From positions 21,206,001-21,270,000 of the forward strand of contig NC_086109.1 of NCBI RefSeq assembly GCF_963921235.1: a DNA stretch of 64,000 bases, written 5' to 3'. This stretch comes from Mobula hypostoma. Taxonomy: Eukaryota. This document shows positions 1 through 10,710 of this stretch, piece by piece. The notes under the pieces are model-generated. The model had not been told where the DNA came from. It was given only the letters and a program-made list of their open reading frames with translations, and did not search any database. Position 1 is the first letter of the stretch. The number at the start of each line of letters is the position of its first letter. The position numbers and the translations under genes were made by a program.

Positions 1-647
1 ATCTGAACCAACACCAAATTCTGCTCACTGTCTCCCCTATAACATGGCATGGTCTTTCAATCCAGCAATATCTCCAGTTTACATTCTCAGCTTTATTCTC
101 AAGACCTTTTCTCTTCTCGAATTTAATGATATCCACAAATGCTGAAATCTCCTCACTCCCCCTATTCTGACCACGTCTCCTCCAGAAATAGCCTATGATC
201 CGTGTTGAACTTCCCTGCTCCTTTAAGGTGCCTGAGGGATCACCCTCGTTAACTTCTCATTATTGTGTGAAATTTTAATTGCTAATGGCTCCCGTGAAAG
301 GTCTGCAGATGTTTAGCATGTTAAAGCCATGATAAAACAAAAACGTGTTTTTGGCTGTGGAAAAATTGCGTTGCAATGCATTAAACTGGGAGAAATATAT
401 TGGTAGAGAGCCAAACACAGTGAAGGATATATTGAAGGACAATCTGAAGGGCAAGCTTTTCAATCTTCCATCTCCTTGATGTAACAAGATAATGCGCTGA
501 GTGGCTGCTAATGGTATTTAATCAGATCTCAGTCGGTTTGACATTTCCACCCCAGATCCAAGTCTTTTAGTGCAGACATACCAGTCATTCCCTCTGGGAA
601 TCACGGATTCATACTGCGTAGAAGGAAGTTATTCTGCTTTTAATAAA

Positions 648-757
648 AACAGAAAATGTTTTAAAAATACTCAGCAGGTCAGGCAGCATCTCAGGAGTGA
701 GAAGCTATTAGTATTTCAGGTCAAAGACCCTTAATCAGAACTGAGGAAGAGAGGGAG
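648..757 (-). mobile_element. Old PLE pseudo-LTR remnant (host of the nested insertions that follow)
   Basis: Carries the 'ctcagcaggtcaggcagcatct' motif and a decayed hammerhead (reverse complement cagttCTGATTAagggtctttgacctGAAAtac). Confidence 0.55.
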
Positions 758-997
758 CAACACACACAAATGCTGGAGGAATTCAGCAGGCCAGGCAGCA
801 TCTATGGAAAAAAGTACAGTAAAATGTTTCGGGCCGAAACCTTTCAGCAGGACTGGAAAAGCTTCTCATCTTTTTTTCTCTGGTCCTGCTGAAGGGTCTT
901 GGCCCAAAACATTTTATGTACGTTTTTTAATAGATGCTGGCAATACTCACTACACGCTGGAGGAACTCAACAGGTCGGGCAGCATCCAAGGAAACGA

Positions 998-1037
998 TCG
1001 GTCGACGTTTCGGGCCGGAACCCTTCGTCAGGACTGT
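998..1037 (-). ncRNA. Minimal type I hammerhead ribozyme motif (intact core)
   Basis: Reverse complement acagtc-CTGACGA-a-ggg-ttccgg-ccc-GAAA-C-GTC-gacc: conserved core, 3-bp stem II, loopless palindromic ACGT stem III, GUC site, partial stem I. Confidence 0.8.
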
Positions 1038-1300
1038 AGATGGAAGGGGCAGAGGCCCTATAAAGAAGGTGGGGGGAGGGTGGGAAGGAGAAGGCTGGTA
1101 GGTTCCAGGTGAAAAACCAGTAAGGGGAAAGATAAAGGGGTGGGGGAGGGGAAGCAGGGAGGTGATAGGCAGATAAGGTGAAGAAGGAATGGGGGAAAAC
1201 ACAATGGGTAGTAGAAGGAGGCAGAACCATGAGGGAGGTAGTAGGCAGCTGGGGGAGGGGGCAGAGTGAAACTGGGATGGGGGAAGGGAGGGGGAGGGAA

Positions 1301-1700
1301 TTACCGGAAGTTGGAGAATTCAATGTTCATACCAAGGGGCTGGAGACTACCCAGACAGTATATGAGGTATTGCTCCTCCAACCCGAGTTTAGCCTCATCA
1401 TGGCAGTAGAGGAGGCTATGTATGGACATATCCAAATGGGAATGTGATGCAGAGTTGAAGTGGGTGGCAACCGGGAGATCCCGTCTGTTGTGGCAGATGC
1501 AGCGGAGGTGCTCGACGAAGCGGTCCCCCAATCTCCGTCAGGTCTCACCGATGTAGAGGAGGCCGCACCGGGAGCACCAGATGCAATAGATGACCCCAAC
1601 AGACTCACAAGTGAAGTGTTGCCTCACCTGGAAGGACTGTTTGGGGCCCTGAATGGTGGCAAGAGAGGTGTAGGGACAGGTGTAGCACTTACACCAACAG
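1301..1700 (-). pseudogene. PLE GIY-YIG endonuclease C-terminal fragment
   Basis: Minus-strand translation QHFTCESVGVIYCIWCSRCGLLYIGET*RRLGDRFVEHLR...VATHFNS...GMNIEFSNFR: VIY/YIG motifs and one in-frame TGA. Confidence 0.85.
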
Positions 1701-2047
1701 GGATAAGTGCCGGGTGGGAGATCCGTGGGGAGGGATGTGTGGACCAGGGAGTCGCGGAGGGAACAATCCCTGCGGAAAGCGGAGATATCTCCCCCTCCCT
1801 TCCCCTATCCCAGTTTCACTCTTCCCCCTCCCTCAGCTGCCTACTATCTCCCTCATCATTCCACCTCCTTCTACTACCCATTGTGCTTTCACCCATTCCT
1901 TCTTCACCTTTCCTGCCTATCCCCTCCCTGCTTCTCCTCTCCCACCCCTTTATCTTTCCCCTTACTGGTTCTTCACCTGGAAGCTACCGGCCTTCTGCTT
2001 CCCACCCTCCCCCCACCTTCTTTATAGGGTTTCTGCCACTTCCCTCT

Positions 2048-2086
2048 ACAGTTCTGACGAAGGATTCCAGCCCGAAACGTCGACCG
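2048..2086 (+). ncRNA. Minimal type I hammerhead ribozyme motif (inverted copy)
   Basis: acagtt-CTGACGA-a-gga-ttccag-ccc-GAAA-C-GTC-gacc; one mismatch in stem II. Confidence 0.7.
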
Positions 2087-2521
2087 ATCTTTTCCACGGA
2101 TGCTGCTCGACCTGCTGAGTTCCTCCAGCGTGTTGTGAGTGTTGCCTTGACCCCAGCATCTGCAGAGTATTTTGTGTTTCAATAGATGCTGCCTGGCCTG
2201 CTAAGTTCCTCCAGCATTTTGTATGTTTTGCTTTGATTTCCAGCATTTGCAGAATTTCTCTTGTTTACAAAGAGAGTATGCAAATTAGATAGCTGAGAAG
2301 ATGGGAGAGGGCAATAGGAGGAACAAAGGGGATTTCTCTGGTAGGGTGAAATAATGTGGCTCTCGAGGGATAATTAAGCTCCTTTGTCTGGTAATGGTTT
2401 GCTAATGTTGTAATGTTGTGAAGTGTATAGGCTGATGCACAGGTACATTGTCCAGCAGGCCTGAATATACCGATAGAGGAGAAACCAGGCAATAGAGACA
2501 AAAACATTCAGCCTTTGAGGT

Positions 2522-2625
2522 AACACACACAAAATGCTGAAGTGTGACCTGACCTGACCTGCTGAGTTCCTCCAGCATTTTGTATGTGTTGCTCCAGATT
2601 TCCAGCATCTGCAGAATCTCTTGTG
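2522..2625 (+). mobile_element. Short fold-back PLE-derived mini-element
   Basis: aacacacacaaaatgctg ... cagcatttttgtatgtgtt inverted arms plus family tail; imperfect 15-bp TSD ttcagcctttgaggt / ttcagtctttaaggt (2507-2521, 2626-2640). Confidence 0.75.
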
Positions 2626-2881
2626 TTCAGTCTTTAAGGTGCCTGTCGGTGATTAAAAAAGCAGCAACGTTAAACCAGAATTATAGAGATTTCTGAAGGA
2701 GACGTTGTCAGAAATGGATGAGTGAAGAGATTTCAGCACCTGTACATATATCATCAAATTACGGAACAGGCAAGATCAATCGACATCAGGGAGTGTATAA
2801 AATGAGGCTAGCTTCCAATTAGGATGGCGACCGAGATTTTAAAGGCAGAGCTTCAAGGCAGATTTTCTGAGTTGAGGAGCG

Positions 2882-3608
2882 CAGACATCCCACCTCTCCC
2901 GGAAGTTCCGGGAATCTCCCACATATTAATAGCGGCTCCCTGATGCCCACAGATTATATACAATATCACCGGACATCCCATCTCTCCCGGAAGTTCTGGG
3001 AATCTCCCACATATTAGTAGTGGCTCCCTGATGCCCGCAAATTATATACAATATCATGGAAATCAATTTTTTTGCGAGCAAGCGAGAGAGAGAAAGCAAG
3101 AGAGAGCACGAGAGCGACCACGAGAGAGAGTGAGAGCGCGCCATGGCAGAGTGTTCCAAAAAAAAAAGAAAATATAAAACGTACTTCACCCCAGACTACA
3201 CTAAAGTGTACCTCTGCCTAATAGGGGTCAAAATAATGACAGTGTTGCTCGCTGCACTGTTTGCAACAGTGACTTTTCTATTGCCCATGTTGGGTTAAGA
3301 CTGTAAAAGACATGTTGAGGTGAGTTTAACAGGTGTCATTCGTTCATTAGCATAGCTAATGTTATTTAAACTAGCTGGCAAGCTGTTAAGGAGACATAGC
3401 TATTGTAGACATCCCACCTCTCCCAGAAGTTCTGGGAGTCTCCCGCAAATTGATGGTGCTACCTCCCTGAAATGAGTTTTTGCAGGGTGGGATGTCTGTG
3501 TCATGGAAATCAATTTTTTTGAGAGCGAGCAAGAGAAAGCAAGAGAAAGCACGAGTGTGACTATGAGAGAGAGAGCGCGCATGAGAGAGCGAGCGTGAGA
3601 GCGACCAC

Positions 3609-3666
<58 letters not shown>

Positions 3667-4043
3667 GAACAAGCGAGCGACAACGCGCCATGGTAGAGAG
3701 TTCCAAAAAAAGAAAATATAAAACGTACGTCACCCCCAGACTACCCTAAAGTGTACCCCTGCCTAATAGGGGTAAAAAATAATGACAGTGTTGCTCGCTG
3801 TGCTGTTTGCAACAGTGACTTTTCTATTGCCCATGGTGGGTTAAGACTGTAAAAGACATGTTGAGGTGAGTTTAACAGGTGTCATTCATTCATTAGCATA
3901 GCTAACGTTATTTAAACTAGCTGGCTAGCTGCTAAGGAGCTACTCTATTGCAGACATCCCACCTCTCCCGGAAGTTCCGGAAGTCTCCCGCAAATTGATG
4001 GTGCTACCTCCCTGAAATGAGTTTTTGCAGGGTGGGATGTCTG
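2882..4043 (+). mobile_element. Non-autonomous hAT-like DNA transposon with internal tandem duplication
   Basis: TIRs cagacatcccacc / ggtgggatgtctg; 6-bp flanking duplication ggagcg (2876-2881, 4044-4049); two copies of a frameshifted zinc-finger exon (..ARCTVCNSDFSIAH.GL.DCKRHVE|gtgagt) resembling hAT transposase N-termini. Confidence 0.75.
3609..3668. repeat. (GA)n microsatellite inside the hAT-like element
   Basis: Direct reading of the sequence. Confidence 0.95.
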
Positions 4044-4373
4044 GGAGCGACCAATAAGCAAGAGGGATTCATTAGAAAGGGCCCATAAAAATAGCACAGG
4101 TTGCAAGCAGAGCGGTCATCCTTTGATTGTGTCCGTGTTTAGAGTGGCATTGGTTCATTACGCTTAGCTGAGGTAAAGTACCTTCTAAAATACTCTTTCT
4201 CTGTTCTTATTTCCTGAGGGATAGTAGTTCAGTGAGAATGGCTCCAGGAGCAGTGTTTTGTACTGTGTGTTGGATGTGGGAGGTCTGTTAGACCTCCAGT
4301 CTCCAAAATAAACACAACTGCACCAGGTGCACAGAAATGCAGCTCCTGACAGATCGTGTTAAGACAATTGGAG

Positions 4374-6542
4374 TAAAGGAAATTACAGTGGCATGAGAGA
4401 GGAACTGGCCAGAGTTGACTGGAAAGGCACACTAGCGGGAAGGACGGCAGAACAGCAGTGGCTGGAGTTTGTGCGAGAAGTGAGGAAGGTGCAAGACAGA
4501 TATATTCCTAAAAAGAGGAAATGTTCAAATGGAAAAAAGATGCAACCGTGGCCGACAAGAGAAGTCAAAGCCAAGGTTAAAGCTGAGGAGAGGGCATACA
4601 AGGAAGCAAAAATTAGTGGGAAGACAGAGGATTGGGATGTTTTAAAGCTTAGAAAAGGAAACTAAGAAGTTCATTAAGAGGGAAAAGATGAACTATGAAA
4701 GGAAGCTAGCAAATAATATCAAAGAGGATACTAAAAGCTTTTTCAAGTATATAAAGAGTGAAAGACATGTGAGAGTAGATATAGGACGGATAGAAAATGA
4801 TGCTGGACAAATTGTAATGGGAGATAAGGAGATGGTGGAGGAACTGAATGAGTATTTTGCATCAGTCTTCACTGAGGAAGACATCAGCAGTATACCGGAC
4901 ACTCAAGGGTGTCAGAGAAGAGAAGTGTGTGCAGTCACAATTATGACAGAGAAAGTGCTCAGGAAGCTGAATAGTCTAAGGGTAGATAAATCTTCCGGAC
5001 CAGATGGAATGCACCCTCATGTTCTGAAGGAAATAGCTGTGGAGATTGCGGAGGCATTAGTAATGATCTTTCAAAAGTCGATAGATTTTGGCACGGTTCC
5101 GGAGGACTGGGAGATTGCACATGTCACTCCGCTATTTAAGAAGGGGGCAAGAAAGCAAAAAGGAAACTATAGACCTGTTAGCTTGACAGTTGTTGGAATT
5201 GATTGTCAAGGGTGAGGTTACGGAGTACCTGGAGGCGTGTGACAAGATAGGTAGATCTCAGCATGGTTTCCTTAAAGGAAAATCCTGCCTGACAAACCTA
5301 TTGGAATTTTTTGAGGAAATTACAAAATTATAAGGGAGATGTAGTGGATGTTGTATATTTGGATTTTCAGAAGGCCTTTGACAAGGTGCCAGACATGAGG
5401 CTGCTTAACAAGATAAGAGCCCATGGAATTACAGGAAAGTTACATACGTGGATAGAGTGTTGGTTGATTGGCAGGAAACAGAGAGTGGGAATAAAGGGAT
5501 ACTATTCTGGTTGGCTGCCGGTTACCAGTGGTGTTCCACAGGGATCAGTGTTGGGGCCGCTTCTTTTTACATTGTACATCAACGATTTGGATTATGGAAT
5601 AGATGGCTTTGTGACTAAGTTTGCTGATGATACAAAGATAGGTGGAGGGGCCGGTAGTGCTGAGGAAACAGAAAGTCTGCAGAGAGACTTGGATAGATTG
5701 GGAGAATGGGCAAAGAAGTGGCAAATGAAATATAATGTTGGAAAGTGTATGGTTATGCATTTTGGTAGAAGAAATAAACAGGCAGACTATTATTTAAATA
5801 GGGAGAGAATTCAAAGTTCTGAGATGCAATGGGACTTGGGAGTCCTCGTGCAGGATACCCTTAAGGTTAACCTCCAGGTTGAGTCGGTGGTGAAGAAGGC
5901 GAATGCAAAGTTGGCATTCATTTCTAGAGGAATAGAGTATAGGAGCAGGGATGTAATGTTGAGGCTCTATAAGGCACTGGTGAGACCTCACTTGGAGTAC
6001 TGTGGGCAGTTTTGGGCTCCTTATCTAAGAAAGGATGTGCTGATGTTGGAGAGGGTTCAGAAAAGATTCACTAGAATGATTCCGGGAATGAGAGGGTTAA
6101 CATATGAGGAACGTTTGACAACTCTTGGACTGTACTCCTTAGAGTTTAGAAGAATGAGGGGGGACCTCATAGAAACATTTCGAATGTTGAAGGGCATGGA
6201 CAGAGTGGATGTGGCAAAATTGTTTCCCATGGTGGGGGAGTCTAGTACGAGAGGGCATGACTTAAGGATTGAAGGGCGCCCTTTCAGAACAGAAATGCGA
6301 AGAAATTTTTTTAGCCAGAGGGTGGTGAATCTGTGGAATTTGTTGCCACGTGCAGCAGTGGAGGCCAAGTCATTGGGTGTATTTAAGGCAGAGATTGATA
6401 GGTATCTGAGTATCCAGGGCATCAAAGGTTATGGTGAGAAGACGGGGGAGTGGGACTAAATGGGAGAATGGATCAGCTCATGATAAAATGGCAGAGTAGA
6501 CTCGATGGGCCGAATAGCCGACTTCTGCTCCTTTGTCTTATG
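4374..6542 (+). mobile_element. 5'-truncated CR1 LINE nested in the ORF1 of an older CR1
   Basis: CR1 ORF2 motifs and 3' tail 'tgtcttatgg'; imperfect TSD gttaagacaattggag (4358-4373) / gttaaggaactggag (6543-6557). Confidence 0.85.
4393..6459 (+). pseudogene. CR1 ORF2 reverse transcriptase, frameshifted
   Basis: Three ORF pieces with KSSGPDGMHP, NYRPVSLT, YLDFQKAFDKV, GVPQGSVLGP, KFADDTK, LVRPHLEY motifs. Confidence 0.92.
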
Positions 6543-8059
6543 GTTAAGGAACTGGAGGTGCTGCTTGATGACCTTCGACTCATATGGGGGATTGAGGAGG
6601 TGATAGACGGGAGCTACAGGGAGGTAGTCACAGCGAGGTTGCAGGTAACTGGGTGACTGTCAGGAGAAGGAGGGAGATGCAGAGCCGGTGGAGAGTACAC
6701 CTGTGGCTATTCCCCTCAATAATAAGTATACAACTTTAGATACTATTGAGGGGGACAACCTGCCCGGGTGATACTGTACCGGGTCTCTGGCCCTGAGTCT
6801 GGTGCTGTGGCCAGAAGAGCAGAGAGGTGAAGAGGACTGAAGTGTTGATAGGTGATTCTGTCATCAGGGGAACAGAGACGAGGTTACCTAGGCGCGATAG
6901 ACACCCTCAGATGGAATGTTGCCTCCCTGGTGCCAGATCCAGGATGTCTTGGATTGGGTCCATGGCATTCTCAAGGGTGAGGGTGAGCAGCCAGAAGTCT
7001 TGGTATACATTGGCACCAATGACATACCTGTAGGTAGACAAGGTGAGGAGGTCCTGATGAGAGATTTTACAGAGCAAGGTAGAAAGCTGAGAAACAGAAC
7101 TTCTAGGGTAATAATCTCTGGATTGCTGCCATAGGGAGGGTAGGAATAGGATGATTTGGCAGGTGAATGCGTGGCTGAGGAACTGGTGCAGGGGAGAGAG
7201 GGCAGGGGTTCAGGTTTATGGATCGTTCGGATCTCTTCTGAGGAAGAAGCAGCCTATGCAAAAGGGGTGGGTTACACCTGAACCAGAGGGGGTCCAATAC
7301 CCTTCCCGCCAGGTTGGCTAGAGTTGTTCGTGAGATTTGGCAGTGGGGTAGAAACTGGATTGATAGTGCTGAGGATGGAGTAGCTGGTTTACAAACTGAA
7401 GCAAGGTGTAGTGAGGAGAGGCTGTTGATAGGGAAAAATTGCAGTCAGCAAGATAAGTTGCAACATAAAAGGTGGACAAAATCGAGAAAAGGTGAATGCA
7501 GGGCTGATGCTGTTTTATTTGAATGCCAGCAGTATATGGAATAAAGTAGATGAACTTATAGCAGAGTTACAGATTGGCACGTATGATGTTGTCATATGAA
7601 GAGTGTCTGATGATTCTGGGCCTGTATTCACTAGAATTCAGAAGAATGAGAGGAAACTTATTTGAAGCTTATCAAATGGTGAAAGTCCTTGATAGAGTGG
7701 ATGTGGAGAGGATTATTCCTATGGTGGGAGAGTCTAATACCAGAGGACACAGCCTCAGAATAGAAGGGTGTCCGTTTACAATGGAGATGAGGAGGAATTT
7801 CTTTAGCCAGGGAGAGGTGAATCTGTGGAATTTGTTGCCACAAGTGGCTGTGGAGGCAAAGTCTTTGTGTATTTGATAGATTCTTGATTGGTCAAGGCAT
7901 GAAGGGTTGCAAGGAGAAGGTAAGAGATTGAGGCTGAGAGAAAAATTGGATCAGCCATGATGAAATGGTGGAGCAGATTCGATGGGCCAAATAGCCTAAT
8001 TCTGCTGCTATATCTTATGGTCATGGAGGAACTTGAAACAGAAAAAAAAGAACGCGTCT

Positions 8060-8300
8060 TCTAAAGTTGGAGAAATCAATTCTAGGTCCTACAGGCTGCA
8101 ATATGCCCAGTCAATTCCCTAAACTTGCATTGGGCCTGATTGTAACAGCACTGGAGGCCAAAGATACAATGGGAATGAGATGGGGAATTAACATGCTTGG
8201 CAGCTGGGAGGTCCTGTGAGTTGAGTACAGGTACACTAGCAAAATGATCACCCAATCTACATTTAGCTTCTCTGATACAGGGGAGGCCACCCAAGTATTG
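8060..8300 (-). mobile_element. Decayed PLE GIY-YIG 3' fragment
   Basis: Translation CIREAKCRLGDHF...DLPAAKHVNSPSHSH resembles the 1301-1700 domain. Confidence 0.6.
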
Positions 8301-9937
8301 TGACACCGAAATCAGTACATTTCATTGGAGAAATTTCAAACATGAAACCTCTTGATAAACCTCCTGAATTCTAATAATGATGCTAATAGATGAGCCAAGG
8401 CTAGTGGAGGCCTCGGTCTTTCAGGTTTCTTTAATAATAAGCTGCTGTATCCCATTCATTTACCTGTTCACTCTGATTGTATTCCAGGTAACTCGATAGT
8501 CCTTTGGGAAAACGGGAGGCAGTGTTTTAATATTTAAAACCTGAAAAGTGCTCCACCTTTCAACTGAGGGGGCCCACACATTGGACTGGTTAACCTGACT
8601 TATAGTTTGTTCCCAAGCAGCTGCTTTTGTCCGAATGGGAATCGCTTCGGCTCCCAAAGGAACGTCAGATATAATGAGTGCAGTCAAGACACAAGACAGG
8701 AGGAAAGGAAGCATTGGAGAGCCTCTAATGAATGCTGTGCAGCTGGTCAGGACAAAGACTACGGTGTCTATGAAGTCTCTTTACAAACACAATCTGGGGG
8801 TATGGACATGGGTGACTCAGCTTACTATCAACCTACTGAAGACTGAAATCAGAGGAACATCTCACCCCCAGCCCCTTGTTCTCACACGGGGCAATTCTCC
8901 ACTGCCTCTTTTCCCAGTCCAGATACAACTCAGCCTGAACACTAGCTCTGGTCTTCAAAGAACATGATATGTAGCTGCCTTCAAAAGGAAAAGGAAACTG
9001 TATTGATCTACACCATTCCAGTGGATTTTTGGCACTTCCCATTCAATTCTAGTCGATGAAACTCCACTCTCTGGTTTTCAGGTCAACTATCTGGAGAAGC
9101 CATTGATTACAGCAATGGGGCATTTACCTGGTTTATAGCATCTCCTACATCCACTGGATATTAATGCCAATGCTAAGTTGTCACTAACTACGTTGCAGTT
9201 CAGTCCACAGTGAAAATTGAACAAGTTTCAAGTTTCTACGCCTGACTGGATCCAACTCAACTCCTGCCTCAGTGGGGCCACCTTCCCAGCAAGGCTTCTG
9301 GGAACTCGCTTCTGTTATGACGATTCCTCGCCCTACATTTGCTCCATTAAGTGACAACTGAAGGTCCTGTCCTTATTTTTATAACAGGCCTGCTGATTGG
9401 CTTTTTGAGACTGAGTAGTGAGAATTAATGCAATCTTGTGATTACTGTAGAATCAAGTTAGACTGTATTATAACTGTACAAATTCAGAGATAATACATGT
9501 TAATGTCTGATAAAGATAATGACTTGTGTTGTGAATTTCATTCCCATTAATATGTGTAAATCATCTATGCAATGACTGGGTCCTCCATGGCTGAATCCCT
9601 GCCATTTGAACCGAAGAGCCTCTTATTAAAGTGACAAATGATAATTCTTTGTGATGATGACCCCCAGTGCACTTTCATACATCACAAAATACCTGCAGCC
9701 TTTAACAGTGGTGACTACCCCATCCTCTCCAACTGTCTCTCTACTGTGTCTTACTGGATGGGATTATTTATCAATGGTTTCTTTCCAAGCTCTCAAACAA
9801 TAAGGTTTCTCAAGGATTTATTCTTGATCTCCTACTATTGGACCATAGACCTAGAAGTAGAATTAGGTCATTTGGCCCATCTTCTCCATTCATTCTCTCA
9901 CTGCCATTTCATAAAAGTATACTAGGACCCTGTAAGC

Positions 9938-10710
9938 CAAGTTTAATTATCATTCAACTGCACTTGAATATAGCCAGACAAAGTAGAGTTTCTTGGGGCC
10001 AAGGTGCAAAACACATGACATATTACAAACACCACACAGCATACACCTAGCACAAATAGCATATATGATTACAATTTCAGAAAAACACAGACAGTCACAA
10101 AGAAAAAAAATAATGTAGCTCAAGTCCCTGAGTTGCATGACTGTAGATTGGCCGGGTCAAGCTTGTTTTTCCCCTGCGCGAACACTGGAGGACAGCACAG
10201 ACAGGAGGGGACTGGCCCCTAACCTAGCAAAATTCTAGTGCACCCAGCAGAGGTCCCTGCTCTCTCCCCTGTGTGCCTGCCACAGGCCGCTGTGTTCAGG
10301 GCAACCCTGCGGCTGAGGCCCAGTCCTTGCCACAACCGAGGTAATGCAGCTTCCCTTCCGCCAGTCTCACCAATACAGGTATCTTGCTGTCCCAATAAAA
10401 AACGTCCGAGATGTTTTTTGGTTTGAGGGCGGACTTCTAATCCCAATAAAACATCCAAGGAAATCACCCGCTCCGTTTGTTGGATTGCGCATCATCTTGG
10501 CAAAATGATAAGCAACAAGTCCAGGCGACAACACAGCAATGATACTCAATAAGTCCAGCTCCATCGCTATCGAGCAACTTGTTATGGGATAGTCCTGCAG
10601 TACTTGATTTTCATAGTATCCAGTAATGACTTGAGACTTACGAGATGAACAAATGGACCTGTGACCGGACTCGGAGTGGTCACTGCATCTGAGTGTACCA
10701 CCGTCCTATT
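9938..10710 (-). mobile_element. Unclassified non-autonomous retroelement with (aacttg)n-type tail
   Basis: Its 3' part matches the reverse complement of ~59990-60045 + 60433-60492; the related copy spans ~59312-60492 (+). Boundaries are approximate. Confidence 0.45.

Larger units (their letters stand above)
940..2180 (-). mobile_element. 5'-truncated Penelope-like retroelement with inverted pseudo-LTR
   Basis: Inverted arms ~940-1297 and ~1789-2146, a GIY-YIG endonuclease remnant between them, and an 11-bp TSD aatagatgctg (929-939 and 2181-2191). Confidence 0.9.
758..2266. mobile_element. Fold-back PLE-derived mini-element (758-939 + 2192-2266), split by a younger PLE insertion
   Basis: Removing 940-2191 restores a hairpin element with two inverted degenerate hammerhead cores (~820-856 minus, ~883-912 plus) and the family tail 'ccagcatttgcagaatttctcttgttt'. 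Confidence 0.8.
4230..8025 (+). mobile_element. Older CR1 LINE (ORF1 zinc finger + SGNH esterase region, ORF2 start, 3' end), interrupted by a younger CR1
   Basis: CxxC..CxxC at ~4255-4330; VLIGDSVIRG / CCLPGA / VLVYIGTNDI esterase motifs at 6840-7030; jump at ~7590 to the CR1 3' end (LGLYSLEFRRMRG..RNFFSQ) and tail. Confidence 0.8.

Noticed and set aside
820..912. Two functional hammerheads
   Set aside because: Cores are mutated (CTGCTGA; the right copy also has AAAA for GAAA; GTC is lost), so they are treated as relics only.
1460..2185. 241-aa plus-strand ORF and overlapping low-complexity ORFs
   Set aside because: Antisense of the GIY-YIG remnant plus the C/T-rich pLTR; a compositional artefact with no domain motif.
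8607..8967. 110-aa ORF in unique-looking sequence
   Set aside because: No motif, splice signals or other coding evidence that I can support.
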